Below, in pieces: positions 41,690-57,050 of a DNA stretch of 64,000 nt. Below the pieces are notes generated by a model. The model ran no database searches. It saw nothing but the letters and a program-made list of their open reading frames with translations, and had not been told where the DNA came from. How positions within the stretch are numbered: position 1 is the stretch's first letter; each line of letters begins with the position of its first letter. This stretch comes from the human T2T-CHM13v2.0 reference genome, Homo sapiens. The position numbers were made by a program, and so were the translations under genes. The stretch lies in assembly GCF_009914755.1 (NCBI RefSeq), contig NC_060926.1; one strand, written 5' to 3'.

Positions 41690-41780
41690 CCATGAATAAT
41701 AAAAATAAAACATGCAGAACAAGGATGAAAGTGGAAATTTCACAGAATTTCACTCTATATACTATAGACTTTTAAAAGTA

Positions 41781-42074
41781 CAGTCATCCTGTATCCTTGG
41801 GTGATTGGTTCCAGGACCCCTGCAGACACCAAAATCTGCGGATGCTCAAGTCCTTTATATAAAATGGAGTACCATTTGCATAGAACCTACACATACCCTG
41901 CCATTTACTTTAAATCACCTATAGGTTACATTTAATACCTAATACAATGTAAATGCTATGTAAATAATTGTTATACTATATTTTCAAATCTATATTATTT
42001 TTATTGCTGTGTTGTTTTTTAAAAATATTTTCAATCCACTGTTGAATCCGTGGGCACGTGCACAGGGTCAACTG
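41781..42074 (+). mobile_element. MER2
   Basis: TA-flanked cagtcatcc...ggttccaggacccctgcagacaccaaaatctgcggatgctcaagtcc...ggtcaactg. Confidence 0.85.
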
Positions 42075-43611
42075 TATTTATTAAAAGGCTTTAAAGTTCA
42101 TTTGCAAAACACAAAAGAAATGCTATGAAAAATGCAATTTTAAAAAATTAAAGCAAGGCATATTATAAGCCACAGAAATTGAGAGAGTTGCATTGTGGTA
42201 GTCTAGACAGACCACTGAAACAAGAACATAAAGTACACATAGGGATTTTAGGTTTTTTAATAAATGCTAATTTATTAAATGGTAACATAGGTCAATGTAT
42301 AGAGGAAGACAATTAATATGGGATATTAATAGAAAAAGTTAAGCATTAGAGAAAAAAATTACATTTGACACACCAAAAGTTGGGAAGGGATCCCAGACTG
42401 AGTAAAGATTACCATCCTAAAAGATATGCAACCAGAGCTACTTCCTATGGTAAAGTGATTGAGTATATAACTTGCATGACCACATGCAAGTAGCCTTGAA
42501 AGCAACATTTCTCCTCACTCATAATATGTCTTATATCCAAAGAATAAAAAGAATGTCATGGGTTTTGGCCTTTCAGTTCTATGAAATATCTAGAATCCTA
42601 AAGCTTCTGGAGCAAATCAGTTTATTTGCTTAAAAGACTATACTGAACTGTACTCTCTTTAAAATTTGTCTCATCCTGTTATCTAGCAATATTAGATATC
42701 TGTATTTTTAAAGTCCAATATTCATCTCATTTTATCCTTCTCCTTGACATCAGACAGGAACAGAGGAAAATAAGTAAAATTCCCCCATGTTGTCTTTTTC
42801 AGTCAACAACTCTAAATTAGAATTTTTTCACTATAATGCTTATTAAAATGTAGTTTTAGAAGTCGATGCAAATCTACTGTAATCCTGACCCTCTAAGTAA
42901 TAATTACATTTTTGAACAAGAAGCTGAGAAAGATGTTGAACTGAAAAAAATTTTCTGTATCCTGACATAATGGAGGTAGACTGAAGGTTACCCAACTAGT
43001 ATAAACTTTTCAAAATTCATAGATGATGTACCTAAAAAGGGTGACTTTTACTTTATGTAAATATATCTCCAAATAAATAATTTTTTTTTTATTTCTCTGA
43101 GAATGTTAAACTTTTTCTTCTGTCTTCATCATCTCTATTTCCTCCAAGTAGCTTTTTTTCTTCCCTAGTGTATTCTGGCATCTGTTTTTAATATTAATAG
43201 TAGAAGTTTTCATTACATGTTAGGTGACCTCTGACTGTCCACCAGGGGCAGGATGCTAAAACAATGACTTTAAGTGTTTTGCCCAGTGGTAAGGCTTGTC
43301 AACTATGGCTTACTTTGGGTGCTCTGGCCATTTCTTTGTGGTACCTCTAATCCCAAGTTTCTTCAATGTTGTCTCTTGTATTGGCAGAATCCTCTTATCT
43401 GCACAGGTTTATTCCTAACATCTCTAAAACAGCATGTAAATATTTACTCAACTCCCCTTTACTTCAGTAGCATCCCCACTCTCATTTGTAAGCTGTGCCC
43501 TCTATCGTAGAAACCTTCTGTTTAACCCTCTCCAGAGAACAAATCCCCAGTCTTCTGCAAAGGTAGTAAAAAGATAGTTCCTCAATTGTGTGGAAGGGGA
43601 TGTTAATTGTT

Positions 43612-44160
43612 ATTGTTATTTTATTGAGGTGAAATTCCCATAACATATAATTAACTATTTTAAAGTACAGAAGTCAGTGCTACTTAGCATACTTGCAATA
43701 TTGTGCCCCACCATCTCCTATCAAGTTCCAAAACATTTTCATTATGCCAAAAGAAAAACCTGTACCCATTAAGCAGTCACTGTCCATTCCTGTCTCTCCC
43801 CAGTCCCTGACAACCTACAGTCAGTTTTCAATCTCTACAGATTTGTCTGTTCTGCACATTTCATATAACCATACAATATGTAGTCTTTTGGGATTGGCTT
43901 CTTTTACTTATGTTGGCATGACATTTTTGAGGTTCATATGGTGTTGTAGCATGTACCAGTACTTCATTCTTTTTACGGCTGAATGATATTCTATTGTATG
44001 GCTATACCACATTTTGTTCATTCTTTCATCATGTGAGTTGTTTCCAACTTTTAGCTATTATAAATAATGCTGCTATAAGCACTTGTGTACAAGTATTTTG
44101 GTTGAGTACCTGTTTTCAATTTTTCTGGAGACATGCCTAGGAGTGAAATTGCTGGGCCTA
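43612..44160 (-). mobile_element. L1MB 3' end
   Basis: ttattgaggtgaaattcccataacatataattaac...cattctttttacggctgaatgatattc. Confidence 0.8.
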
Positions 44161-45486
44161 TGTTTAATTTGGTCTCGTTGCTTTTTAAACAGACTTTCAA
44201 CCAATACTTTCATTTTCAACCTAGCCTCAACGCTCTCACCATACTTCCAAAGTACTTGGCACCATTTCCTGAACCTATAGGGGTTTCGTGATCCATCCCA
44301 GGTTAGTTCTGTATTTTCTACAATGCTGTCTTAGAATTCAATGTTCTCAAGTTGACTAGGTGACTTATTGCTCATCTATCTGCTTTAAGCTTCAAATCTT
44401 GTTGTTGTTGTTGCTATCTCCTTTCCCATTCCTTTTATCTTAGTAGGTTTTATCTTAGTAGGTTTATGCTTTCATTCTATCATGTCATTTTAATCAATTT
44501 CAGAAGGAGAGAAGGAATAAAACATACACTCAATCTTCCACTTTAAATCCATAATAGACAGTTTAATATCATCCATCTACTATATCCATCCAATTTAGAG
44601 GCCATGTACCATGCATTGTGGGGGAATATAAGCATATATATAGAAGACAACTTCTGTTTTCAATAAGCTGATAAACTGGCCAGTGAGATGTAGTAATGAG
44701 GGTTATTTTCTTACATATGCTTAACACACATATAAATTTTGAAGTTCTGTTATATTCTTATACAGCAAACTTTTAGAGGACTTAAAGGTAAAAAATCCAC
44801 ACTCGTAGGTAGCTCAGATCTCACATAACGTAAAAAGTCACCCCTGGCATCAATCACCAGGAAAAAGAAAGACTCCCAATGAGAAATAGGAATTGAAAAG
44901 AAAGTGGACTCTGGAAAACCAAGAGTAGAGACTCCAAGCTCTTTGAATATTTGACTCCAGGACCAGATTTTAAAGACTCAAAGTTTCTAGGTATATATTA
45001 AACATGGTCATTGCCACATAGAAGTGAGCTAAGACACAGAAGGAAGACACAGATACTTAAAATGAATCACACACTGATGACACAGCTAGACTTTGAAATT
45101 AGAGTAATTAGAATCATAGAATGATTCTCCATTTTATTATCTTCTATTTTCATAGAATCTTGTTGGAATGTTGTAATTCTGTCTCACCTATAATACTGTG
45201 ACAATTATTTACACACATGGGCCAGTGGTTAAGAAGAAACAGCAGTATCTTCAGCAGCGGGAGGCCTGAGGGATTGTTACCTCTCAGAAAATATGGTCTA
45301 AATATTTTTTCCAACACACTATTGGGAGATACCTTCTCAATAGCAACTTGAGAAATTCTGGATTTTATTTTTTTATAAATGAAAGTACCCTTTTATCATA
45401 GAAATTAGGTACACAAATATTATGTGCACATTTACTGGCTATGTGGCCTTTTTAAGCCTCAGTTTCCTATTTTAGAAGTGGGGATA

Positions 45487-45845
<359 letters not shown>

Positions 45846-46704
45846 TCACAGGGGAATAGAAAGGATAAAATAATCTTGGTAACATACTTACCACAATGTT
45901 TCACATATACTAAGTGCTTAAAAAATTACTATTAGCAGCTCCCAGTATGACTACTATTTCTATTCCTTCTGCCATTATTATTATAAGGCAACCACCAAAA
46001 GAGTACATGGTAAGGAGACAGAGATCACGCTGAGCTGCTGTGCTAAGAAGCAGCTTCCCAGGAGAAGCAAGATTTTTAGCTCAGATTTAAGAAGATGATC
46101 ATTTTAGAGAGGGAATTATGTCATGAAACAACTAAAGGGAAACTACAAGCTCTTTTGGACGTAAGAACGCTTTTAGCTTTAGATTACTGTAAAAATTTCA
46201 TATATATCTCTCCAGGTATAGATTTCAAGAACAGCCGATGAAATCTGATGAGAATATTTAAGGAAAAAATTAAATAAAAGGTCCATTACTAACCAAGTGG
46301 TCTAAATATTCACTTATTATACAGAAAAATGCACTGACCTGATCTAACATATTGCTTATGATACCAACTGCTTTCATTAGATGCATCATAGTATCTTAAT
46401 TTCTTTACACACAAGATTTTGACTCTTCCACATTATAGAAATCAAAGCAATCAAATCCAACTAAAATCAAAGCAAGCTGTTTTAAGCAAAACATGATCAA
46501 ATGACAACTCTATTAGCAAGATGAGAGACTGGTCATTTGACAAATATTTGGCAATAAACTGAAAGTCTGTGTACTTTCATAAATTTGTATTACAAATATT
46601 TTTATGTTACTGTATTACTTTTTGCCAATAAAAAGCTTCAATAATATTTTGTAACAATAATAAAAGATCTTAGGATCTTTTATTATTAATATTATTATTA
46701 CTAG

Positions 46705-46992
46705 TATTATTATTTGAGAGAGTCTTGCTCTGTCACCCAGGCTGGAGTGCAGTGGCACAATCTTGGCTCACTAGAACCTCTGCCTCCTGGGTTCAAGCAA
46801 TTCCCTGTCTCAGCCTCCCGAGTAGCTGGGATTACAGGCACCTGCCACCATGCCCAACTAATTTTTGTATTTTTAGTAGAGACGGAGTTTCACCATCTTG
46901 GCCAGGCTGGTCTTGAACTCCTGACCTCGTGATCCACCTGCCTCAGCCTCCCAAAGTGCTGGGATTACAGGTTTGAGCCACCGCACCCGGCC
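46705..46992 (-). mobile_element. AluS
   Basis: Full reverse dimer ~290 nt downstream (in the transcript) of the 92-nt exon donor. Confidence 0.92.
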
Positions 46993-47280
46993 TATTATTT
47001 TTATTACTGAACTCTCTAGCATTTAATTTTGCTAAAGACTTTGTGGGTTAGCTTTCCACTATAGAACAGTAGTGTTCTTTTAAAAAGTACAATATTCTTC
47101 CTCTTCTTTTCCATAATTTCAATTATTAGTCCAATTAACCACTTTCTTTCTAATATGCCAATTCTTATGCATGTAGTATAACTTTTAAATTTTCTTTGAT
47201 ATTTAGAATATTTAGCATGCCACACATGCTGCCCAAAATATCAAAATCACATGTTTTTGTGATGGTCCATAGTTTCTTAC

Positions 47281-47372
47281 CTGCACTTCTCAAATTAGGG
47301 TCCAGCCCTGGCATCTCTTTGTTAGCTTCAGGGCTGACACTGTAGATTGATGCTCCTGCTTCACTGACGATA
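47281..47372 (-). CDS. SRBD1: SRBD1 internal coding exon (92 nt; phase 2 in, phase 1 out), encodes (C)[30 protein letters not shown]
   Basis: Minus-strand acceptor ctttttctgtcttctcAG (AG at 47374-47373) and donor GCAG|GTAAGA (GT at 47280-47279). The peptide contains the Tex-family EAGASxYS motif and matches the SRBD1 protein as I recall it. Confidence 0.96.
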
Positions 47373-48689
47373 CTGAGAAGACAGAAAAAGGGGAATATCA
47401 CTTTCCTAACTTCCTGCCTGGTCAAAGAAAATAAATGAATGAAACCAGGCATTACCAGAAAAAAAAAAATAACAGGGCAAACTGTTCTCTTCATATCTCA
47501 ATGATACTGACAGCATCTAATATTTCATTAATATAAAATGATTATGCAGCGTTTGTTTTTTTCACATATGAAATACACAGACTTAAATCCATAATGAATT
47601 CAATCAGAGAAATCAGTTGCTTTCTCTGTCACTGGTAACAATAGATGGTTTATAGATTAATACAATGAATACTCTCCCATGATGCCAACTTCAAAATATT
47701 CAGAATGCACATAGCCTCTCCTGTATTTATAATTCATTATTGACTGACATTTATGATTCTTACCTGAATGAATCATTCTAAGGCACCTTGAAAAGCATAT
47801 GGACATATGTGTGGATATGTGCACATGCAGACATACAAAAAAACCACCATCATAAGCACTGTTATTGTTATTACCTGGTTATAATTAACAACCACAACAT
47901 GAAAAAAAAAAAGGGATCAGACAGGATGTCATCCGACTTCTTTTCAGGAGGGTCTGAAAATCATCATCCTTTCAGTGAACTTAAAGTCTTCCACTCAGGC
48001 AGGTGTTAATTCCTTTCATCATTTATTTAATCAAATAGTCACACAAATCATTCTCTTTCATTCTCTTCCTTTCTTCTTTGGCTCCAAATACCATACAACC
48101 CACAATGAGAATACTGTCTTACAGCTGACATTTGTATGGGGATTGCCATTTTGTACAGCTTATGAAAAATTTTTACATTAGAGTTCTCCTTTATGACATG
48201 ACAGGCAAAGAAACATCATCTACTCTAAGTATACACAATACATGTGGCTCTATACCATGTGACCATGTAGGTGTCAATATTCAAAACCAGAAACATGTTA
48301 GGGCTCACTTTTTAATTCACTCTTAGCAACCTCTCCCTTTCTCTGCTCCTCAGTATTTACTTCAATTGCATGAGGCAAATTTAATGGATGACATGTAACG
48401 TACTGCCCCACTGTAACAACTGAACATTGAGAAGTAAAATGTGGAAAAGTTAGTTTGCTATCCCCATCTTTGGAGAATTCTTGAATAAATTTTTATGACA
48501 AATGTAAGCCACCACAACTTGAGAAGATTATTCTGGGGAATGTGACAACTTCTCTTTCTGCAACCAAGATCTACTCTCTTAAATTTAAATAGAAAAAAAT
48601 AAACACTACAACTGAAAAGCAAGGCTGCTTATCCTGTTTTTCATCATCACCATCATCATGATACAATAACAGCTGAGTGCATATTATAC

Positions 48690-48850
48690 ACAAAGCAAAA
48701 AAACACTTTACAGACATTATCTCATTTAATGGAGTAGGTTCCATTTTGGGGATAAGTAGTATGCCCAAGATCATATAGCTGGAAAGGAACTGAGTTAGAT
48801 TTGGACCCTAACCTGCTTGATTTCCAAGTCTGAGCCCTTAACCAGCACAA
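48690..48850 (-). mobile_element. MIR
   Basis: tgcccaagatcatatagct...gatttggaccc...gcccttaaccagcac. Confidence 0.6.
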
Positions 48851-50856
48851 CCAGGTAACCCTTAAATAGTTTCTCAAACTCTCAATAAAATGAGAACTCA
48901 TATTTTTGTGCCAAACAACAAACGCAACATATTTTTCTAAGGAAGAGCTACTTTCTCAAACAAAAGATCTAGAAGAACTCGTATCTCTCTTCCTTTGCCT
49001 TTTTCTTTGATCAAAAGGTAAAGTGAATTGTTTACTTATCTAAAGCAGAACTTGAGGACATATAGGAGTCAAATACGTTCCATAACTTCAGAGACCAGCT
49101 TCAAAATTAAAAGGTAATACTGCATTTTCTCCAAAATAACATTTACATTACGCTTATCTTCTAATAATATAATGATCAAGGAGAAAATGTAATGTTAAAT
49201 AAAGCTTGTAGTGAAGAAAATGTAGTGTTACATAATAATGTGATGTTAAAACTAAATTAAGAAGTGATTTTTTCAGTTCCATTATAGTGGCATTTCCTAA
49301 CCAGGGGCCCTTGGACTATTGGGCAGGAAGAGGCAGGATTAATCAGAACTGCATGTAAAATGTTTGTGTTTATATAAATTTTCCCCCAAGGAAAGCTGGT
49401 TCTAGCATTCATTGATTACTTAAATTCGTGACCCCCAAAAAGGTTAAGAAACACTACTACAGGATAAGAATATTTAGCCACCACCTATGGAAAATTCATT
49501 TTTAAATACAAATCAACATTCAATCTAACAAAGTCTTTTCTAAAAAGACAGAGTATCCATGAAGTACAGGCTAGACCTATTATTAAGAGAAAAGAATATT
49601 TTTTTAAATCTCACCACAGATTTATTTTCTATCATTTCCAGAAGCCTCCAAAGTTACAACTATTTAAATAAAAGGAACTTAAATGGTAAATAAAAATTCC
49701 AATTAACTGTGGTTGTTAGCAACTGGGTACCTGAGAATTTGCTGGGCTTTTGGAGGTTATAATTTTCAATAGACTGAGGGAAACTATTGCAAAGAAAAAC
49801 ACTCAGATAATAAATATTCCTCCAAATACCATACTGCCATTTCTTTTAAACAGAGGAATACAAAACAGATGTGACACATTGCACCCAAAGATTGTGGATT
49901 AACATTAATATTAAATCAATACAAAATGTAGTAAATTTCATATGCTTTACTTACTGAAGAGTATGTGTCTAATACACAGTTCAGTGCTCAGCATAGATCA
50001 GAAATCTTAAATAACCTAAATGCACAGAAAAACCTCAACATTGATTACTTCAATATAAAACATGTAAGGACTGAAGAAGTATATGTGACTAGAATTAATG
50101 AAACAAATCAAACTGGGAGTGATGATTTTTTTCCAGACATTGCTAAGAACAAAAGTTTTAATACCCTCCCTTTTTCATTCCTATTTAAGAGTTCAAGAAT
50201 AGACACTTGCCAAAAGTACACTAGATTTACGAAAACACTTTCTGTTTGATGGGAAATTTTCCAATAAACTATTGGGAAATTATTCCAATTATCTCTAATA
50301 TATTTTGAAGAAAGCAAAAATGAACTTTATATAAAATTCATATATCTAACGATTTAATATTACATTTCACAAAACAAATTTCTCAGCAGTACAAACAAAT
50401 TAGCCTCAAAATCCTAGCAATTTGATTATTTTATGTATTTTGCCATGAAGCAGATGACTGAGCAGAATTTATCATCTGGGGGGATTTTAACTGCCACAGT
50501 TGTAATTCAACTAATTATTTATAGATTATTACAGTACTCAGAAGGCCCTTCAAATTGCTATAGTTTAGACCTTCACCTAAACCAATACATTAGTATTTCA
50601 AGCTTTAGATATAAGAAAGTACACTTCAGAAGCTAGCATTGAATTTACATTTTACCAGATCTAAAAGTTAATATGCCAATTCTCTATAATTAAATTGATA
50701 ATTTAAGATATTTTATTTAAGCACTATTTTTAGGATTTTTATTTTAAGGAAACAAACCACACACTTATAAAGTAAAAAGCAAGTAAAGTACCTACAATAT
50801 CAACGCATTCACTTTCAAATTTTTTAACAAAAACCCTATTGAGTTAAAAATGCTGC

Positions 50857-51159
<303 letters not shown>

Positions 51160-51455
51160 ACAAAAATGCTAAGTTTTATCTTAGGTAAAATTCAATGGTG
51201 TTACTTACAAAAAGCTAATCATTAATCAATATAATTTGTTTTCTGTATAAAAGATATACGTTTAAATAACAGAATTGATATCTCTACAGTTTACAAGTCT
51301 TTTCTACCATGACAGATTGTATGTTGATGAACCGTTTAAAACTAGGTTTTCAAAAAACTTTTCTTACAGTGACTATTCATTCTGACCATAAGGAATGTTA
51401 TTATCATTATTATATTTTGCCAAATTGAGATGGGAAGGTGAGATTATTTTCATGA

Positions 51456-51778
<323 letters not shown>

Positions 51779-52555
51779 AAAACTATTTTTTTTTTTAAAT
51801 TACTGGGCTAACAGTTTTCACCTTCATTTACAAGATTTCATGAAGACTCTGCATGAATCTCTTTTCTTCCCATTTCCCAAATATGAAAATAATTTGGTTT
51901 TTCTGATTTTAAAATAAATTACATGCTCTTTTATGTTAACAGAAGAACTTAATTTAAAAGTAATTTGCTTAAATAAAAATGCAGTTATTTAGTAAGATAC
52001 CAAAAATCAACTGGGATATAATTACTCAACACTGACTGATACCTTTTTAATTCTTTACAAAAGTATATTAGAATTCTTCAGGCTCTACAAATATCTAGCA
52101 TCTTCCCCTTTTCCTTCCTTCTGCCTATCAAAAATGAAGGTATTAAAAAGCCACTATGCCAAATGCCTAGCTCATCTCAAAGTTTTAAAAATAATTTATC
52201 TAAAAAACATTCTTCCAACTTGTCAGACTGAGAAACATATCGTGAGAGGTTAAATGACTTGCACTAGGTTTCTCAACGAGTAATACAAAGCACTAAAAAC
52301 ATGAACCAACATAAATCTTAATTATTTGCATATGAGATAACCTGTTCTGAAGTATCAAAAGAATAGCTGTTTGTATTTTAGGGATAGGAGACAAGGCCAA
52401 AAACTAAACTACCACGAACAGTGGGGGCTCTGAGATTTAATGCTTAAAGGGTAGAGCTTACTTCTAAGAAAATATCAAAGCAATTTTAAATTCTTTTATG
52501 TAATGATGAATTATCATTTCAAGGATTCTCAAATGAGCAATATCTAGTCATCTTA

Positions 52556-52873
<318 letters not shown>

Positions 52874-53908
52874 AATTAGGTAATCTAGTGATTAAGAGGA
52901 CATACGGAAACAAGCAGAATCATGTCCCGTCAAAGACTTTCAAACTGCAGAACTCTTTGGATGGTAAATTGAAAATCAGATCAAAAATCACAAAAATGTA
53001 CATTCTCTCTGAACTAGCTATTATATTTTTAGCAATATATGCAAATGAAATGTAAAAATTCAAAAAAATTAAACTGCACTATTTATGATAGCACAACTGT
53101 GACTGAAACAAAGTGGAAAAAAATGCCTATCATTACAGTGTTCATTTAATTAAGCTTTCATTAAGAATTATTATTGTAAAATATTTTTATCTCATGTAAA
53201 ATATTTATGATAAATTATTAAGTTAAAACTGGGTAAAGAAAAAGCAGGCTTATGTAATATAATGTTAATAGTATTTAAACATGTATTATTACTTTAATTG
53301 TATTCTTGTTTAAGTTTTTCTGCAATAACCATGTAATACTCATATGTAATCAGAAAAGGTTTAAAAATGTAAGAACAATTATTAATTGGTCAGGGAATCA
53401 TATCAGATAATGGCCAACTTTTTTTTTTTAATTTACCAAGCTTTCTTTTAAAGTTATTGTGAACTTAAATCTTGGTAAATACATCATTTGTTTGTAGAAG
53501 ATCTCAAGCAATGACATTTTATGACATCATTATGATAACATAAAAGAAAGATAGCTAAGCAGAAAAGTCAAGAATAAGTTCTCAACTTTTACACACAGGC
53601 CATTTAAGAAGCAAATGAATGATTAAAAAAATCTTGTAAGAAAATACAAATTATACATCCTTAAATTTCACTTGGTCCTTGCCCTCTTGAATTTTACTTG
53701 GCCTCCCAAGTTATCCTTCATGATCACTAAGGCATAACCAGCTCACTATCTACAATATAAAATATGTGAAGTGATGCAGCAGTATGCCAGGAAAGTAGCA
53801 TGTATGAAAAAGTACTAAGGGCAAAATATGGTGAGGCAGAAAAAGAGAAAGAAAATACACAACCTCCTTACTTCAATACCAAAGGAGTTTACCTTTAGAT
53901 ACGTAACA

Positions 53909-53927
53909 CTAGCACCATCTGGTGGAG
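53909..53927 (-). promoter_or_regulatory. Candidate CTCF site
   Basis: Minus strand CTCCACCAGATGGTGCTAG closely matches the CTCF core CCACCAG(A/G)(T/G)GGCGC. Confidence 0.6.
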
Positions 53928-56491
53928 GACAAGTTAGAAGCAATTCTTCAATTACCAGCGTTTTGTTTTTGTTTTTTTAAGTTTGTTATGTTTCAAAAAA
54001 GATGATCATTTTCCACAGAGAACAACTCTAGTAGTGGTACAGTTATCACACAGAGGATCCACACCAAGCCTGGGAGAAAATAAAAAGTCTACCAACCAGA
54101 GGATCTAAGTATACTCCAGGATGGACATCCTATCAAATCTTAGCTACAGAGCAGTCTTTCAAAAGAACAGAATTATCTTGGCTACTTCTCTTTTGGTGCC
54201 CCATACCACAGTGGATGAAAAGAACACTTTCCAACCACAAAATAAACCTAAAATGGACAGACCCGAATTACCAACTAAAAAGCAGAGCTTTAATTTGGAT
54301 TTTGGGGTTCCAAACTTCACAGAGATGACAAACTCAATGGTACCTTCAAATGCCATCATGGGGAAAAGCAAATCAACAAACTGAAGGACAAAAAAGATGG
54401 AAAGTTTGTTTCCTATTTGTAGATTAAGTACCTCTACTGAGGTAGAAGAAATTTCAACAAAGAATGGCGTAAGCAGAAATTGTTTCCCCTTACCTTCCAC
54501 AGTAAGCATCTCACTCTCTCTCTCTCTTCCCTCTCTCCCCGCATTCTGCTTTTCTCTTTCAAAATCCCTCTTTTATCTTTTTTCTCTACCTGTATCTGAT
54601 ACCAACATAAAGTTGTTGCCATACCATAAAGTATTTAATGGTACCACTAAGGAAACTAAAGAAAAAAACTGCCACAGGACCAAACACAAGACCTGATGCG
54701 TAAGTGGCATTCGACTAGGCAAGAGGCAAGGGCCTGGTTGATACTGGGACAGGAAAAGCAGGCTCATAGAGAGGAAGGAACACTAACTGTGGAAGAAACC
54801 GTTGTTTGCAACAGTACTATAAACATTCCAGGTTCACTGCTAACAAGATACAAAACCTAAGGGGGCAGGGAATAAACACTATTCTAATTTTATAATTAAA
54901 ATGGTCTTTGGTCAACATTTTGAAATGTATTGGCTTAAAAAACATGGTATGTCAACCCACCTGCCATCCCCACAAAGCACCCAAAAGTTGCTTCTCCTGA
55001 TTCTTGCACTTAACTCCAAAATTATTTATGTCTTTTGTACTCAAATTTGTATTTACTCATATAATACCAGATTATCTGTATTTGTTTATACTTTTCAAGT
55101 GCACCTTCATTCAGATACAAATCTGAGAGCTGCACAGAGAATTGTGAAGTTTGCTTAACAAAGGGAAAAGTTTGCATCATTTTGCATCATTTACTCTTCC
55201 ACTGCTCCTATGTTTTGTTTTGTTTTTATTTTTAGCTTAAATGCATCTGTGGGAGTTTGTCCAGTAATAAATATGAGAAGTTCAGATTGCTATGGCATAG
55301 ATTTTTTAGAATAAAACATATTGCAAATTATTCTACTCCATCATTATCTAATAACGTAAGACAGAATTAGCCAACTTTGAGAATATTCTAATATTTTGCT
55401 ATATTTTCCCAATAATACTGACTATTAAAAGCATTAAAAAAGAATGACAACAAAAAAGAAAACCCCAAATAAACAAACAGAAAAAAAGCAAAATGAAACA
55501 ACAGTAAAAAGTAAAATAATAATAATAATTAAAAAGAGAAAGATAGAAGCAGCGATATACTTTGCCGGCAACAAACAGCCCAGTTCTTTTTTACCTATAG
55601 CTGAATAAAGTTTTGGAAATAACAATGGTTTCTGCTACATTCACTAATATGCTTCTATACTGTACTGTTACAATCTCAGCGAACTCCACTAACAAATGAC
55701 ATACATTCATGATGCCATTCCTCACTCCTCCCTCTCTCCCTTCTCTTACATTTGTTTATCTCTCTCCCCACAACCTCTACTTTCCTCTGAACTTATACCT
55801 CAGCAGGAGTCACCACTATCCAGTCAAAGGAGACCCTATCTACAAACTTCATCTAACATACTCACCACCCAGTAGCCTCCAGTTTGGATCTTGAAGATCT
55901 ATTCTGGAGCAGCCTCAACCTTCAAAATTTCTGTTGGCCACCCAGCTAATGCTGAAAAAAAATCCTGAAAACACATGCTATGTACAGATCAGCCTCTTTT
56001 CTAATCATAGTTTTTAAAGTACACTGAACAGATGGAGGGAAAGAATGAGTTGCTCAGTTCAGCCGGCTGCTTCTTAATCTAGAGTCAGATCTTTACTTTT
56101 TTGTGATCACTGCACATTTCTGACTCTGCTATATTACACTGTGTAAATATTTAGGAGACATAATTCCTTTCAAGGATCTAAACTTCTACTGTCGCTATGG
56201 CAAATGAACCTGTTTATGCTATGTTCATTAATGGCAAGCCTAAAAGAACACAGGAATTTACTAACATGTGGTACACAAACATCACAATCATAGAGCTTCT
56301 CATGGGGACATACCAAGAACATGAAAGGCCAGTTTATTTTTACTGTCATTGCCCTATAATTTCCTTTAATTCTACTAGAACAGTCCTTAATTCAAACCCT
56401 TCCTGCAGTTACAGGAACAGGGTAGACTGAATGTACATAAACGGTACCAAAAACAACCCACATTTCCATTTAACTTTCCTTCAATCTAGAG

Positions 56492-56655
56492 CAGTAATTC
56501 TCAAACTGGAGCCTACATCAGAATTAGCTGGAGGGTTTCATAAAACAGATTGCTGAGCCACACCCCCACAGTTTCTACTTCACTGTGGCTGAGAATTTGC
56601 ATTTCTAAGAAGTTCTCTGGTGAATCAGATACTTCTGGTCCCGGGCCCACACTTT
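56492..56655 (+). mobile_element. MER5A (hAT-Charlie MITE), 5' part; the 3' end resumes at 62056-62087
   Basis: cagtaattctcaaact...gaatttgcatttctaagaagttc...cccacactt, continued by ccacactctgagaatcac...tg. Degenerate 8-bp hAT TSD atctagag/ttctaaag. Confidence 0.75.
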
Positions 56656-56795
56656 TTAAGGTTTGCTGAGGTATGATTTACATTGCATAAAATTCACCCA
56701 TGTTAAGTGAATATAATTCAATGACTTTTAGTAAATGTTGTACAACCATCACCAAAATTCAATTTCATATAATTTTTTTTTTTTAAGAAACTGCC

Positions 56796-57050
56796 AGCCA
56801 GGCGTGGTGGCTCACGCCTGTAATCTCAGCACTTTGGGAGGCTGAGGTGGGCAGATCACGAGGTCAGGAGTTCAAGACCAGCCTGACCAACACGGTGAAA
56901 CCCTGTCTCTACTAAAAATACAAAATCAGCCCGGCATGGTGACATGCACCTGTAATCCCAGCTACTCAGGAGGCTGAGGCAGGAGAATCGCTTGAGATCG
57001 CACCACAGCACCCCAGCCTGGGCGACAGAGTGAGATTCCGTCTCAAAAAA
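56796..57050 (+). mobile_element. AluS with a ~30-bp deletion in the right arm
   Basis: gaatcgcttgag joined directly to atcgcaccacagcac. Confidence 0.88.

Noticed and set aside
43236-43254. Second CTCF-like motif ccaccaggggcagg
   Set aside because: Spacing is one base off the core; poor match.
47165-47494. 109-aa ORF as a stand-alone gene
   Set aside because: Only 47281-47372 is exon; the remainder is intronic read-through beyond the splice sites.
47755-47785. Recursive splice site (TTCAG|GTAAGA) upstream of the 92-nt exon
   Set aside because: The polypyrimidine tract is weak and the site lies only ~390 nt from the real acceptor.
54121-54767. Cluster of overlapping ORFs as a processed pseudogene
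   Set aside because: No recognisable protein motif, polyA tail or TSD; partly low-complexity CT sequence.
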